From a bacterium (GTDB lineage Bacteria > Bacillota > Negativicutes > Veillonellales > Dialisteraceae), in assembly GCA_963635945.1 (NCBI GenBank), contig CAVHIJ010000001.1, positions 31,244-87,064 of the forward strand: a DNA stretch of 55,821 nucleotides. The letters run 5' to 3'. A program made the translations under genes and the position numbers. Below are positions 28,542 to 38,174 of this stretch, in pieces. Positions within the stretch are counted from its first letter, which is position 1; each line of letters begins with the position of its first letter. The notes below the pieces were generated by a model, which saw only the letters and a program-made list of their open reading frames with translations, ran no database searches and was not told the DNA's origin.

Positions 28542-30056
28542 GTGAAACAGCTTCGAGATTTGCTTTTGAAAACGAAGACGGTGTCGGTTGTCGGAAATCC
28601 GGATGTGTCGGTTTCCGATATTACATCGGATTCGCGTGAGGTGAAATCCGGAAGTCTTTTTATTTGTCTTACGGGTGCCCATGCGGACGGGCATAATTTC
28701 GCCGGTATTGCGGCGGGAAAAGGAGCATCCGTCATTGTGGCGCAAAAGGAAATTTCCGTTCCGGCCGATGTCACGGTCGTGTACGTGGAAGATACGCGTA
28801 GGGCTATGGAAGATATCACTCCGTTTTTCTTTGATTATCCGTCTCGCAAAATGCGCATGGTCGCGGTCACGGGGACGAACGGGAAAACGACGTTTACACA
28901 TATCATGTCGCATATTTTCGAATCGTGCGGGTATAAGACGGGCGTCATCGGTACGATTCATACATTAATAGGAAATCGCGAATTTGCGGCACATAATACG
29001 ACGCCGGACGTGGTGGATTTGGAACGTACGCTTTTCATGATGGTCGAAGCCGGTGTGGAATATTGCTGCATGGAGGTGTCGTCTCATGCGCTTTCCATGG
29101 GTCGTGTGGCCGGTGTGGAATTTGATAATGCGTCTTTCACCAATTTGACAGAAGATCATTTGGACTACCATAAGACAATGGATTGTTATGCGGAGGCAAA
29201 ATCGCTTTTATTTCAATCTGTTTCCGCTCCGGGACAGTCGAAAGAAAATAAATCCTGTCATATCAATGTCGATGCGGATTATGCCGATGTGATGCTGGCG
29301 ACTTCAAAAGGCGGCGTCGCAGAGGTGACGACGTACAGTATTGATGCGACCTCGGATTTACGCGCGACGCATATTTCGTTTAATTCGTCTTCTTCCGATT
29401 TTGTATTGGAAACGAAGGACGGAAACTATGATGTGCATACGAATTTGGTGGGACGTTTTAATGTATATAATGTCTTGACGGCGATTTCGGCGGCTTTGGC
29501 GGAGGGAATTTCTATGGAGCGCATCCATCGCGCGCTTGCTGATTTTCATTCGGTACCGGGGCGTTTTGAGCTCATTGACGAAGGACAGGATTTTACGGTT
29601 GTCGTCGATTATGCGCATACGCCGGACGGTTTGGAAAATATTTTGAAAACGGCTGAGGAAATTAAACACGGACGGATTTTGATCGTTTTCGGTTGCGGTG
29701 GTGACCGTGATAAACTGAAACGTCCGATTATGGGAAGAATCGGTGCCCGGTATGCGGATATTGTCATTGTGACGAGTGATAATCCGCGTACGGAAGATCC
29801 GGAGACGATTGTTTCCGAAGTGGCTGCCGGTGTGGAGGAAGTAGCTGAAAATAAGAAGGATTTTTCCTATGAAATCATCGTAAACAGACGGGATGCGATT
29901 ATTCGTGCCATAACGCTGGCCAAGCCCGGCGATATCGTGATGATTGCCGGCAAGGGACACGAGGATTATCAAATTCTGGCCGATCGGACGATTCATTTCG
30001 ATGATCGTGAAGAAGCGAGAGCGGCGATTCGGAGTAAATTACATGGCGATATTTGA
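28542..30056 (+). CDS. murE: UDP-N-acetylmuramoyl-L-alanyl-D-glutamate--2,6-diaminopimelate ligase
   Basis: GTG start after AAGGAG. Mur ligase P-loop GTNGKTT. The DNPR motif (TSDNPRTEDP) is typical of meso-DAP-adding MurE. Confidence 0.95.
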   Translation: MKQLRDLLLKTKTVSVVGNPDVSVSDITSDSREVKSGSLFICLTGAHADGHNFAGIAAGKGASVIVAQKEISVPADVTVVYVEDTRRAMEDITPFFFDYPSRKMRMVAVTGTNGKTTFTHIMSHIFESCGYKTGVIGTIHTLIGNREFAAHNTTPDVVDLERTLFMMVEAGVEYCCMEVSSHALSMGRVAGVEFDNASFTNLTEDHLDYHKTMDCYAEAKSLLFQSVSAPGQSKENKSCHINVDADYADVMLATSKGGVAEVTTYSIDATSDLRATHISFNSSSSDFVLETKDGNYDVHTNLVGRFNVYNVLTAISAALAEGISMERIHRALADFHSVPGRFELIDEGQDFTVVVDYAHTPDGLENILKTAEEIKHGRILIVFGCGGDRDKLKRPIMGRIGARYADIVIVTSDNPRTEDPETIVSEVAAGVEEVAENKKDFSYEIIVNRRDAIIRAITLAKPGDIVMIAGKGHEDYQILADRTIHFDDREEARAAIRSKLHGDI

Positions 30057-31425
30057 GCTTGAGGAAATTCTTCGCGCGACGGGCGGGAAACTTCTCCAAA
30101 AAGGGACAGCCGTGAAAGTTTCCGGAATCAGTACGGACACGCGGACGATACGGAAGGGAGAATTGTATCTCCCTCTTTCCGGTGAAAATTTCAACGGTCA
30201 TGCTTTTATCGGGAATGCGGTGTGTGCGGGTGCCTCTGTGATTCTTCTTTCGGATGAATCCTATGTGAATGAGGTCCCGGATACGGTTTCCGTCATTTCC
30301 GTTCCGCATACACTTCATGCGCTTGAAGATTTGGCGCGATTTCATCGGATGCGTTATTCGATTCCCGTCATGGCGGTGACGGGCTCTTCCGGAAAAACGA
30401 CGACGAAGGACATGTTGACGGCTATTTTGGAAACGACGTATACGGTGTGCTGCACGGAGAAAAATTTCAATAATGAAATCGGTCTTTCCAAAACGCTTCT
30501 TTCTTTGACGGAGGCTCATGAGGCGGCCGTTGTCGAAATGGGTATGCGAGGTTTGGGGCAGATTGCCGAATTGGCGAAAACGGCGCGTCCCACTATCGGT
30601 GTCGTGACTTGCGTCGGCACTGCGCATATCGGTATTTTGGGGAGTCGGGATAATATAGCCAAAGCCAAGGGCGAATTAATCGAAGTGCTTCCCGATGACG
30701 GAACGGCGATTTTGAATGCCGATGATGAGTATGTGTCGAAAATGGATCGACTTTTCCACGGGCAATCTGTCTTCTACGGAATTGAAAATAAAAAAGATGT
30801 ATATGCGTCCGATATTTCTTTTGAACCGGAAAGAACGGTATTTACATGCCATGCGGGAGATGCGGTATTTCCGGTGCGGCTTAAAATGCTGGGAATTCAT
30901 AATGTATATGATGCTCTGGCGGCGACGGCGGCCGGGCTGCGGGTCGGTGTTTCTCCGAAAAATATAAAAAAAGCGTTGGAAACATTCGTTTCTCAAAGTG
31001 CCAGTCAAAGGGTGTATGCACTCGGCGGTGTGACCGTGCTCGACGATTCGTATAATGCCAATCCGCTTTCGGTGGAAATGGCTTTTCGGGCGGCTTTGCA
31101 GCTACCGGGGACGCGTCGGATTCTCGTCTTGGGCGATATGTTGGAACTCGGTGCTTCCGAGGTAAAATGTCATGAGGAAACGGGTCGTAAGGCGGCCGAG
31201 CTCGGATTCGATGCTCTTATTACAGTAGGTACGCTTTCGCATTATACGGCCCTGGGCGCACGTGCAGGTGGTATGAAAACGGTCACGGAGACCATGTCAC
31301 CGGCGGAAGCGGCGGATATTTTGAAGAAGGAAACAAAGGACGGGGATGTCGTCCTGATTAAGGGCTCTCACGCCATGCATTTGGAAACGGTGGCGGAATT
31401 GTGGAGAGGAGATTTGAAATCCTAA
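30043..31425 (+). CDS. murF: UDP-N-acetylmuramoyl-tripeptide--D-alanyl-D-alanine ligase
   Basis: MAIFELEEILRATGGKL start overlaps the murE end by 14 nt. P-loop GSSGKTTTK, DDSYNANP motif. Confidence 0.93.
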   Translation: MAIFELEEILRATGGKLLQKGTAVKVSGISTDTRTIRKGELYLPLSGENFNGHAFIGNAVCAGASVILLSDESYVNEVPDTVSVISVPHTLHALEDLARFHRMRYSIPVMAVTGSSGKTTTKDMLTAILETTYTVCCTEKNFNNEIGLSKTLLSLTEAHEAAVVEMGMRGLGQIAELAKTARPTIGVVTCVGTAHIGILGSRDNIAKAKGELIEVLPDDGTAILNADDEYVSKMDRLFHGQSVFYGIENKKDVYASDISFEPERTVFTCHAGDAVFPVRLKMLGIHNVYDALAATAAGLRVGVSPKNIKKALETFVSQSASQRVYALGGVTVLDDSYNANPLSVEMAFRAALQLPGTRRILVLGDMLELGASEVKCHEETGRKAAELGFDALITVGTLSHYTALGARAGGMKTVTETMSPAEAADILKKETKDGDVVLIKGSHAMHLETVAELWRGDLKS

Positions 31426-32400
31426 ATGGAAAAGGACTATGTATTCGCTTTGGCTGTGTCTTTTGTATTGACGGTCATATTCGGTTATTTCGCGATACCT
31501 TTGGCCAAAAAGTACAAAGCGCGGCAATCGATTCGGGAATGCGGACCGAAATCGCATCGCATTAAATCGGGTACACCGACCATGGGTGGGCTCTTTATGA
31601 TGCTGGGGCTTACGGTGGCAGTTTTGATTCACGCATATCCCGAAGGACCGAGTGTCGAAATAGTCATGCTCCTTTTTATTACGCTCGGGCATTCTCTTTT
31701 GGGATTTCTCGATGATTTTATCAAAGCGGAAAAGAAACGAAATTTGGGATTGACCGCTAAGCAAAAAATTGTCGGTCAACTTATTTTGGCCGGAGTTTTT
31801 GCGTGGATTGCCGTAGAAAATTTGGGCATTCCGACAGCGATTTCGTTTCCTTTTACAGATTGGGAATGGCCGCTCGGATGGCTTTTCTATCCGTTTTGTG
31901 TGATTGTCATAGTCGGCGCTTCCAATGCCGTCAATTTGACGGACGGGCTTGACGGATTGGCAGCCGGCTGCTGTGTGATTGCCTTTTCCGCATATGCCGT
32001 GTACGGGTATGCGCACGGGACATACGATCTTTCGGATATCGGTGTATTTTGTATGGCGTTGGTCGGGGTTTGTGCCGCATTTCTTTTCTTCAATTATCAT
32101 CCGGCCAAAATTTTCATGGGTGATACGGGCTCTCTTGCTTTGGGCGGGGCCCTGGCGGGAATCGCTGTTTTGACACGTACGGAATTGCTGTTGATTTTCC
32201 TAGGTTTCATTTTTGTGGCCGAAGCACTTTCTGTCATTTTGCAGGTCGCTTCTTTCAAAATGACGGGGAAACGTATTTTTAAAATGAGTCCGATTCATCA
32301 TCATTTCGAACTTTGCGGTTGGAGTGAAGTGCGAGTGGTTTGGACGTTTTGGGCGGTCGAGCTTTTGGCGGCGGCACTTACTGTTTTCGCAGTCATGTAA
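31426..32400 (+). CDS. mraY: phospho-N-acetylmuramoyl-pentapeptide transferase
   Basis: Ten-TM protein with TPTMGG, NAVNLTDGLDGLA and PAKIFMGDTGSL motifs. Confidence 0.96.
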   Translation: MEKDYVFALAVSFVLTVIFGYFAIPLAKKYKARQSIRECGPKSHRIKSGTPTMGGLFMMLGLTVAVLIHAYPEGPSVEIVMLLFITLGHSLLGFLDDFIKAEKKRNLGLTAKQKIVGQLILAGVFAWIAVENLGIPTAISFPFTDWEWPLGWLFYPFCVIVIVGASNAVNLTDGLDGLAAGCCVIAFSAYAVYGYAHGTYDLSDIGVFCMALVGVCAAFLFFNYHPAKIFMGDTGSLALGGALAGIAVLTRTELLLIFLGFIFVAEALSVILQVASFKMTGKRIFKMSPIHHHFELCGWSEVRVVWTFWAVELLAAALTVFAVM

Positions 32401-32409
32401 GGGTAGAAT

Positions 32410-33750
32410 ATGAGACATGTTTTAATTCTCGGGACGGGTATCAGCGGATTCGGCGCGGCACATGTGTGCCTTTCGCGCGGAGATGCGGTGACAATTTCCG
32501 ATTTAAAAGAAAATCCGAAGTCGGAAGAAATTCGGGTTCTTTCGCACCTCGGTGCCGAATTTGTATTCGGCCCGCAGACGGAAGCGTTATTAGATGGCAT
32601 CGACACTGTAATTCCGGCCCCCGTTATTTCGTCGGAAAATCCCGTGATTTCGGCGGCGCTTGCGCGGGGAATTTCCGTTATATCGGAAATCGAGCTTGCA
32701 GGTGAAGTCGCCTCCGCGCCGATATATGCCATTACCGGGACAAACGGAAAAACGACGACGACATCTCTTCTACGGGATATGTTCGTTTGCGGCGGTTTGG
32801 AAACGGCGGCGGCCGGTAATATCGGTCGTTCCCTTTCATTGACATGTCGGGAACTTTCGAGAGATGCAGTCATAGCGGCGGAAATTTCCAGTTTCCAATT
32901 GGAATTCATTCATCGGTTTCGGCCGGAGGCGGCTGTCATTTTAAATGTCACGCCAGATCATTTGGAACGTCATCATACGATGGAAGCCTATGCGGCTGCC
33001 AAAGCGAGAATTTTCGAAAATATGAAACCGGATTCTTACATCCTTTTGAATCGGGAAGATCCGTATTGTCGTGCCATGGAAAAATCGGCGCCCTGTCGTG
33101 TCGCTTGGCTCGATACGGAAAAGGAAACGGAGGAAGGTGCTTTTTGCGTAGGCGGACAGTTGGTGCTTCGTATCGGCGATGCGGTAACGGAAATTTGCAG
33201 CGAAGAGGAAATTCCTCTTCCGGGGAAACATAATGTGCAGGATGTGCTTGCGGCTGCTTTCTTGGCTAAACTTGTCGGCGTTTCGAAAGAAAATATTCGT
33301 CGTGCGATTTCGGCTTATAAACCGTTTGCACACCGGATTGAATTTGTATGCGAAAAAGACGGCATTTCTTTTTATGATGATTCGAAAGCAACGAATACGG
33401 ATTCAACCGAAAAAGCATTGCTTTCTTTTACAAAACCTATTACGCTGATTTGCGGCGGATATGATAAGGGGACGCCCCTTGACGAATTTATGAAATTCGT
33501 CAAAATGCATGCTAATCGGCTTGTTTTGACAGGTGCGGCGGCGAAGCGTTTTTACGAGGCGGCGATAGCGGCAGGAATGCATGATGTCGTCATGGCGGAT
33601 ACTATGGAAGATGCCGTGAAAAAAGCGGCGGAATTGACGGAAACGGGTGGAGTGGTACTGCTTTCTCCTGCTTGTTCGAGTTTTGATTCGTATCGATCGT
33701 ATGGAGAGCGCGGAAATGATTTTCGTGAAAAAGTACTGGCATTACGGTAA
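32410..33750 (+). CDS. murD: UDP-N-acetylmuramoylalanine--D-glutamate ligase
   Basis: N-terminal Rossmann fold (ILGTGISG), P-loop GTNGKTTTT, DDSKATN motif. Confidence 0.95.
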   Translation: MRHVLILGTGISGFGAAHVCLSRGDAVTISDLKENPKSEEIRVLSHLGAEFVFGPQTEALLDGIDTVIPAPVISSENPVISAALARGISVISEIELAGEVASAPIYAITGTNGKTTTTSLLRDMFVCGGLETAAAGNIGRSLSLTCRELSRDAVIAAEISSFQLEFIHRFRPEAAVILNVTPDHLERHHTMEAYAAAKARIFENMKPDSYILLNREDPYCRAMEKSAPCRVAWLDTEKETEEGAFCVGGQLVLRIGDAVTEICSEEEIPLPGKHNVQDVLAAAFLAKLVGVSKENIRRAISAYKPFAHRIEFVCEKDGISFYDDSKATNTDSTEKALLSFTKPITLICGGYDKGTPLDEFMKFVKMHANRLVLTGAAAKRFYEAAIAAGMHDVVMADTMEDAVKKAAELTETGGVVLLSPACSSFDSYRSYGERGNDFREKVLALR

Positions 33751-33759
33751 GGAGTGCTT

Positions 33760-34875
33760 ATGAAACGGATTATTCTTTCGGGCGGCGGCACGGGGGGCCA
33801 TATTTATCCGGCCGTAACGATTGCACGAGAAATACTTGCCATCGAGGAAGATGCGGAAATTCTTTTCGTCGGGACGGCGCGTGGTATGGAATCGCGTATT
33901 ATTCCTGCGGAAGGTTTTCGTTTTGAATCACTTTCGGCGGCCGGAATTCAGCGGCGATTTACGCTGTCTAATATTAAGGCGCTTGGGAAAGCGGGCGCGG
34001 GTCTTTGGGAAGCGCGCGGTATTCTGAAAAAATTTCGGCCGGATGTCGTCATCGGGACGGGCGGGTATGTATGCGGTCCGATTTTGATGGCGGCAGCGTT
34101 ATCGCATATTCCGACTTTGGTACAGGAGCAAAACGTCATTCCGGGCGTTACGAATAAAATTTTGTCTCGTGTCGCAGATCGGGTGGCACTAGGGTATGAA
34201 GAAGCGAAAATGCGGTTTCCCCGCCCCGATAAATGTGTATATACGGGAAATCCGGTGCGCGCGGAAGTGACGATGATAGGACGAGAAGAAGCCCGTGAAA
34301 AGCTCGGAGTTTCTCCCGATACATTTATGGTATTGGCAGCCGGCGGAAGCCGCGGGGCACGTTCTATTAATTCGGCTATGCATGGCGTCCACCGTTATTT
34401 CAAAAATGAAAAGAATTTGTATATTAGGCATGTGACCGGGACGGACGGTTTCGAAACGGTAAAAAATGCGCTGGGAGATGTGTCTGAAACCGGAGAATGG
34501 GGAAATACAAGTCGAATCGTGTCGTATGAAAATGATATGCCGACGGCATTGGCGGCTGCGGATTTGGTGATTTACAGAGCCGGTGCCGTGGGACTTGCCG
34601 AGTTGTCGGCCCGTGGGCTTGCTTCCGTATTGATTCCGTATCCCTATGCGGCGGAAGATCATCAGACATACAATGCGCGTGTTTTTGAGAAAAAAGGCGC
34701 CGCCATTGTGATCGGGGATTCGGATCTTACGGATGAAAAATTAATTTCCGTTATTGATACGCTACGGGAAGATCCGAAAAAATTAAAGGATATGGCTTCG
34801 GCCGCATTGCGTATCGGAAATGTGCATGCGGGCAGGGATATTGCGCAAATGGCGCTGGCATTGGCAGATAGGTGA
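33760..34875 (+). CDS. murG: undecaprenyldiphospho-muramoylpentapeptide beta-N-acetylglucosaminyltransferase
   Basis: ATG 33760 lies 5 nt after AAGGAG. GGGTGGHIYPA motif, GT28 family. Confidence 0.95.
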   Translation: MKRIILSGGGTGGHIYPAVTIAREILAIEEDAEILFVGTARGMESRIIPAEGFRFESLSAAGIQRRFTLSNIKALGKAGAGLWEARGILKKFRPDVVIGTGGYVCGPILMAAALSHIPTLVQEQNVIPGVTNKILSRVADRVALGYEEAKMRFPRPDKCVYTGNPVRAEVTMIGREEAREKLGVSPDTFMVLAAGGSRGARSINSAMHGVHRYFKNEKNLYIRHVTGTDGFETVKNALGDVSETGEWGNTSRIVSYENDMPTALAAADLVIYRAGAVGLAELSARGLASVLIPYPYAAEDHQTYNARVFEKKGAAIVIGDSDLTDEKLISVIDTLREDPKKLKDMASAALRIGNVHAGRDIAQMALALADR

Positions 34876-34879
34876 GACT

Positions 34880-36277
34880 ATGAATCTTTCTTCGTTTAAT
34901 AAACTGTTCTTTATCGGCATCGGCGGAATGGGAATGCGCGCTTTGGCGGAAATTCTCATCCAAAAGGGAATGAAAATCTGCGGATCCGATCGTACGGATT
35001 CGGAATATTTGCATGTACTTCGAGAGCAGGGGGCCGATATTTACATCGGTCACGACGCTTCACATATTACCGGTGCGGACGGTATTGTGATCTCGACGGC
35101 GATATCCGAGGATAATCCGGAGCTTGCGGAAGCCAAGCGCTTGGGAATTCCGATTTTTCATCGTTCGGATGTTTTGGCGGCTGTCTTCCTTTGGGGAAAA
35201 GGGATTGCCGTGGCCGGTGCGCACGGAAAATCCACGACTTCCGGGATGCTGGGAAGAATTTTCAAGGATGCCGGTACGGATCCGACAATCGTATTGGGGG
35301 CCGCAGCCGATTATCTGCACGGAAATTCCTGCTTGGGTCACGGGGAATATGTGATTGCCGAGGCCGATGAGAGCGATGGTTCGTTTTTGAAGTTTAAAAA
35401 TTATTTGGCCGTCGTGACGAATATCGAAAACGATCACTTGGATCATTACGGCACTGTGGAAAATATTAAGAATGCATTCGTCGAGTTTTTGGATCATGTA
35501 GATCCGGACGGCGGGGCGGCGATCGTATGCACGGACAGTAAAGGCGTCCGAGATGTGTTGCCGCGTGTTTCCTGCCCCGTGATTACGTACGGAATGAATG
35601 AAGATGCCGTGTATCGTGCCGTGAATAAAAGGTATGAGAAACAGCTCATGCTTTTCGATGTCGCACATGCGGGCCGTATTTTAGGGACGATTACGCTTCG
35701 GATTCCCGGTGTGCACAATGTGTGCGATGCAATGGCGGCCGTCGTGACGGCGCTGTATTGCGGAATCTCTTTTGAAACGATTGCCGCTTCGCTTGTTGAA
35801 TTCAAAGGTGTCGCGCGTCGTTTTGAGACGAAGGGATATATCGACGATGTGTGGGTGATTGATGATTACGCTCATCATCCGACGGAAATAAAAGCGACGC
35901 TTCGTGCGGCAAAAGAAATCGGCGGGCATCGCGTCATTTGCGCATTTCAGCCGCATCGTTATTCGCGGACGAAGCTTCTTTTGGATGAGTTTTCCTTGGC
36001 GTTTGATGATGCTGATGGATTGTATTTTACGGATATTTACTCTGCCGGCGAAGAGCCGATTCCCGGCATTGACGGGACGGTGCTTCCGAAAGCGGTGGGT
36101 GCGCATTTACCAAACCGTGAAATTCGATATGTGGCCGACCGGGAAGAATTGGCCAAAGCCATTTGGAAAGAAGCAAAAGCCGGCGATATGATTTTTACGA
36201 TGGGCGCCGGTACCATTACAAAAACTGGCGGAGAATTGCTTCGTTTGCTTGAAGAGGAGGGGTTGGCCGATGATTGA
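34880..36277 (+). CDS. murC: UDP-N-acetylmuramate--L-alanine ligase
   Basis: FFIGIGGMGMRALAEIL N-terminus, P-loop GAHGKSTTS, DDYAHHPTEI motif. The ORF-track start at 34820 lies inside murG. Confidence 0.95.
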   Translation: MNLSSFNKLFFIGIGGMGMRALAEILIQKGMKICGSDRTDSEYLHVLREQGADIYIGHDASHITGADGIVISTAISEDNPELAEAKRLGIPIFHRSDVLAAVFLWGKGIAVAGAHGKSTTSGMLGRIFKDAGTDPTIVLGAAADYLHGNSCLGHGEYVIAEADESDGSFLKFKNYLAVVTNIENDHLDHYGTVENIKNAFVEFLDHVDPDGGAAIVCTDSKGVRDVLPRVSCPVITYGMNEDAVYRAVNKRYEKQLMLFDVAHAGRILGTITLRIPGVHNVCDAMAAVVTALYCGISFETIAASLVEFKGVARRFETKGYIDDVWVIDDYAHHPTEIKATLRAAKEIGGHRVICAFQPHRYSRTKLLLDEFSLAFDDADGLYFTDIYSAGEEPIPGIDGTVLPKAVGAHLPNREIRYVADREELAKAIWKEAKAGDMIFTMGAGTITKTGGELLRLLEEEGLADD

Positions 36278-37205
36278 GAAACAAGATCTCGTCGCCGTTA
36301 TTATGGGAGGACCGTCTTCCGAAGCGGATGTTTCCAGAAATACGGGAAAGGCCGTTTGCGAAGCATTGACAAGTATTGGATATCATGCGGTTTGCGTGGA
36401 ATATGATCCGCCGCATCTTATCGGCACGTTGAAAAAAATGGGTGCCAAAGCGGCTTTTATAGCACTTCACGGTCGCTGGGGCGAAGACGGTACGATTCAG
36501 GGGGCTTTGGAGCTTTCCGGTATTCCTTATACGGGAAGCGGTGTCACTTCGAGTGCCGTCACGATGGATAAAATCATGAGTTGCCATGTATTTCGCGCGG
36601 AAGGTATCAGAATGGCCGATTCGCGCCCGTATAAATTGTCGCAGGGGATTGAGTACGCGACGGAAGAAATTCGGAAACATTTCCCCGGGACTGTCGTTTT
36701 GAAACCGGCTTGCGAAGGCTCGACAATCGGAATTGAAATAGTAAAATCGGGTGATGATCTTTCGGAGGCACTTTCACGTGCTTTTGGTGTGGAGCCTCGG
36801 ATTTTGGCGGAGAAATATTTGGAAGGGCGTGAATTCACCGTTTCCGTCCTGGATGAAAAAGCGTTTCCGGTCATTGAAATACGCCCGCATTCAGGTATGT
36901 ACGATTATTTTTCGAAATATACGAAAGGGGCGACGGATTATATCGTTCCCGCCGAAATTCCCGAAGAATTGGCTTCGGAAATGTCCGAGATGGCCGTGAC
37001 CGGTTATCGGGCCGTAGAATGCGAAGGTGTCGTACGTTTTGATTTCCGTACGGATGCGGCGGGTGTGCCGTATCTTTTGGAAGCCAATTCCATTCCGGGT
37101 ATGACGGCGACGAGCCTTGTTCCGAAAGCGGCAGCGGCAGCCGGCGTAGATTTCCCTCATCTTTGTGAAATGATTTTGCAAGGCGCGGGGACGGGGAAAG
37201 GCTGA
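36270..37205 (+). CDS. ddl: D-alanine--D-alanine ligase
   Basis: ATG 36270 follows GAGGAGG and overlaps the murC stop. GGPSSE, EDGTIQG and EANSIPGMT motifs. Confidence 0.93.
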   Translation: MIEKQDLVAVIMGGPSSEADVSRNTGKAVCEALTSIGYHAVCVEYDPPHLIGTLKKMGAKAAFIALHGRWGEDGTIQGALELSGIPYTGSGVTSSAVTMDKIMSCHVFRAEGIRMADSRPYKLSQGIEYATEEIRKHFPGTVVLKPACEGSTIGIEIVKSGDDLSEALSRAFGVEPRILAEKYLEGREFTVSVLDEKAFPVIEIRPHSGMYDYFSKYTKGATDYIVPAEIPEELASEMSEMAVTGYRAVECEGVVRFDFRTDAAGVPYLLEANSIPGMTATSLVPKAAAAAGVDFPHLCEMILQGAGTGKG

Positions 37206-38047
37206 TGTCCGAATTCAAAAGTTTCGAAGAGTTTCGGCAGAATATTCATAATCCGGATGCGGCGGTGGATCGGCGCTTTACTCCGAAAAACGAAAATCCG
37301 AAAAATCCGAAACGACGAAAGAAGAAAAAAATACGCAGGGAATCCGGTAATTCACGGAAACATTATGTCATGGCTTCCGTGGGGTCAATTGTCCTGATTT
37401 TCGGAATCCTTCTGTTTGCACCGGTACCGTTCGGAAGCGTAAAGCTCACCGGAAATAAAAATGTCACAAAAGAAGATGTGTTCTTTGACGGAGGAATTAA
37501 GGAACCTATCAATATTCTTCAAATTTCCGGTACGGATCTGAAAACTCGTTTGGGAAAAGATGTCCGTATCAAATCTGCCGATATTGAGCGTAGTGTATTC
37601 GAATTACATATTCACATTTCCGAACGAAAACCTGTGGCTGTTGTGCAGGAAGAAACGGGCTACGCATATTTGGATACAGAAGGCGTTGTCATCCGGACGA
37701 CAGATTCTATACGAGCTTCGGATTTGCCGATGATTACCGGACTCAAGTTGGATAATTTGCTTTTGGGTGACCGCGTGGATAAATCCGAAGTGAAAATTGC
37801 TTTGGATTTTTTGAGAAGTCTGAGCCCGATCGGGTCTGATATGTTCTCGGAAATCAATATGGGAAACGAAGAGAATTTTATCGCTTATACGCGGGACGGT
37901 GTACCGGTGAGATTGGCAAAGGGCGATCGCATTGATGAACGGGCAAAATTGGCCGAGAATATTGCAGGAGATGTGAAAGCGAGAGGACTTAGGGTCGAGT
38001 TTATCGATACGAGACCGACTTCACCGTTTATCAAGATGAAGCAATAA
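37205..38047 (+). CDS. ftsQ: cell division protein FtsQ/DivIB
   Basis: Basic cytoplasmic tail, one TM helix (VGSIVLIFGILLFAPV) and a POTRA-like segment (VKLTGNKNVTKEDVF). Position between ddl and ftsZ fits. Confidence 0.8.
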   Translation: MSEFKSFEEFRQNIHNPDAAVDRRFTPKNENPKNPKRRKKKKIRRESGNSRKHYVMASVGSIVLIFGILLFAPVPFGSVKLTGNKNVTKEDVFFDGGIKEPINILQISGTDLKTRLGKDVRIKSADIERSVFELHIHISERKPVAVVQEETGYAYLDTEGVVIRTTDSIRASDLPMITGLKLDNLLLGDRVDKSEVKIALDFLRSLSPIGSDMFSEINMGNEENFIAYTRDGVPVRLAKGDRIDERAKLAENIAGDVKARGLRVEFIDTRPTSPFIKMKQ

Positions 38048-38052
38048 AAAAC

Positions 38053-38104
38053 TTCGCAAAATCCCATAAAATATATAGATAAATTTGCGAAAATATTGTA
38101 TAAT
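38053..38104 (+). promoter_or_regulatory. inverted repeat overlapping a candidate ftsZ-proximal promoter
   Basis: TTCGCAAA (38053-38060) and TTTGCGAA (38084-38091) form a perfect 8-bp inverted repeat. TATAAT lies at 38099-38104 with a weak -35 (TAGATA). Confidence 0.4.
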
Positions 38105-38174
38105 TCAAGTATATGTAGGAAATTGTGACTAAACAGAAATTTTTCATATAGGGATCCAAAGGAGGACATGACAC

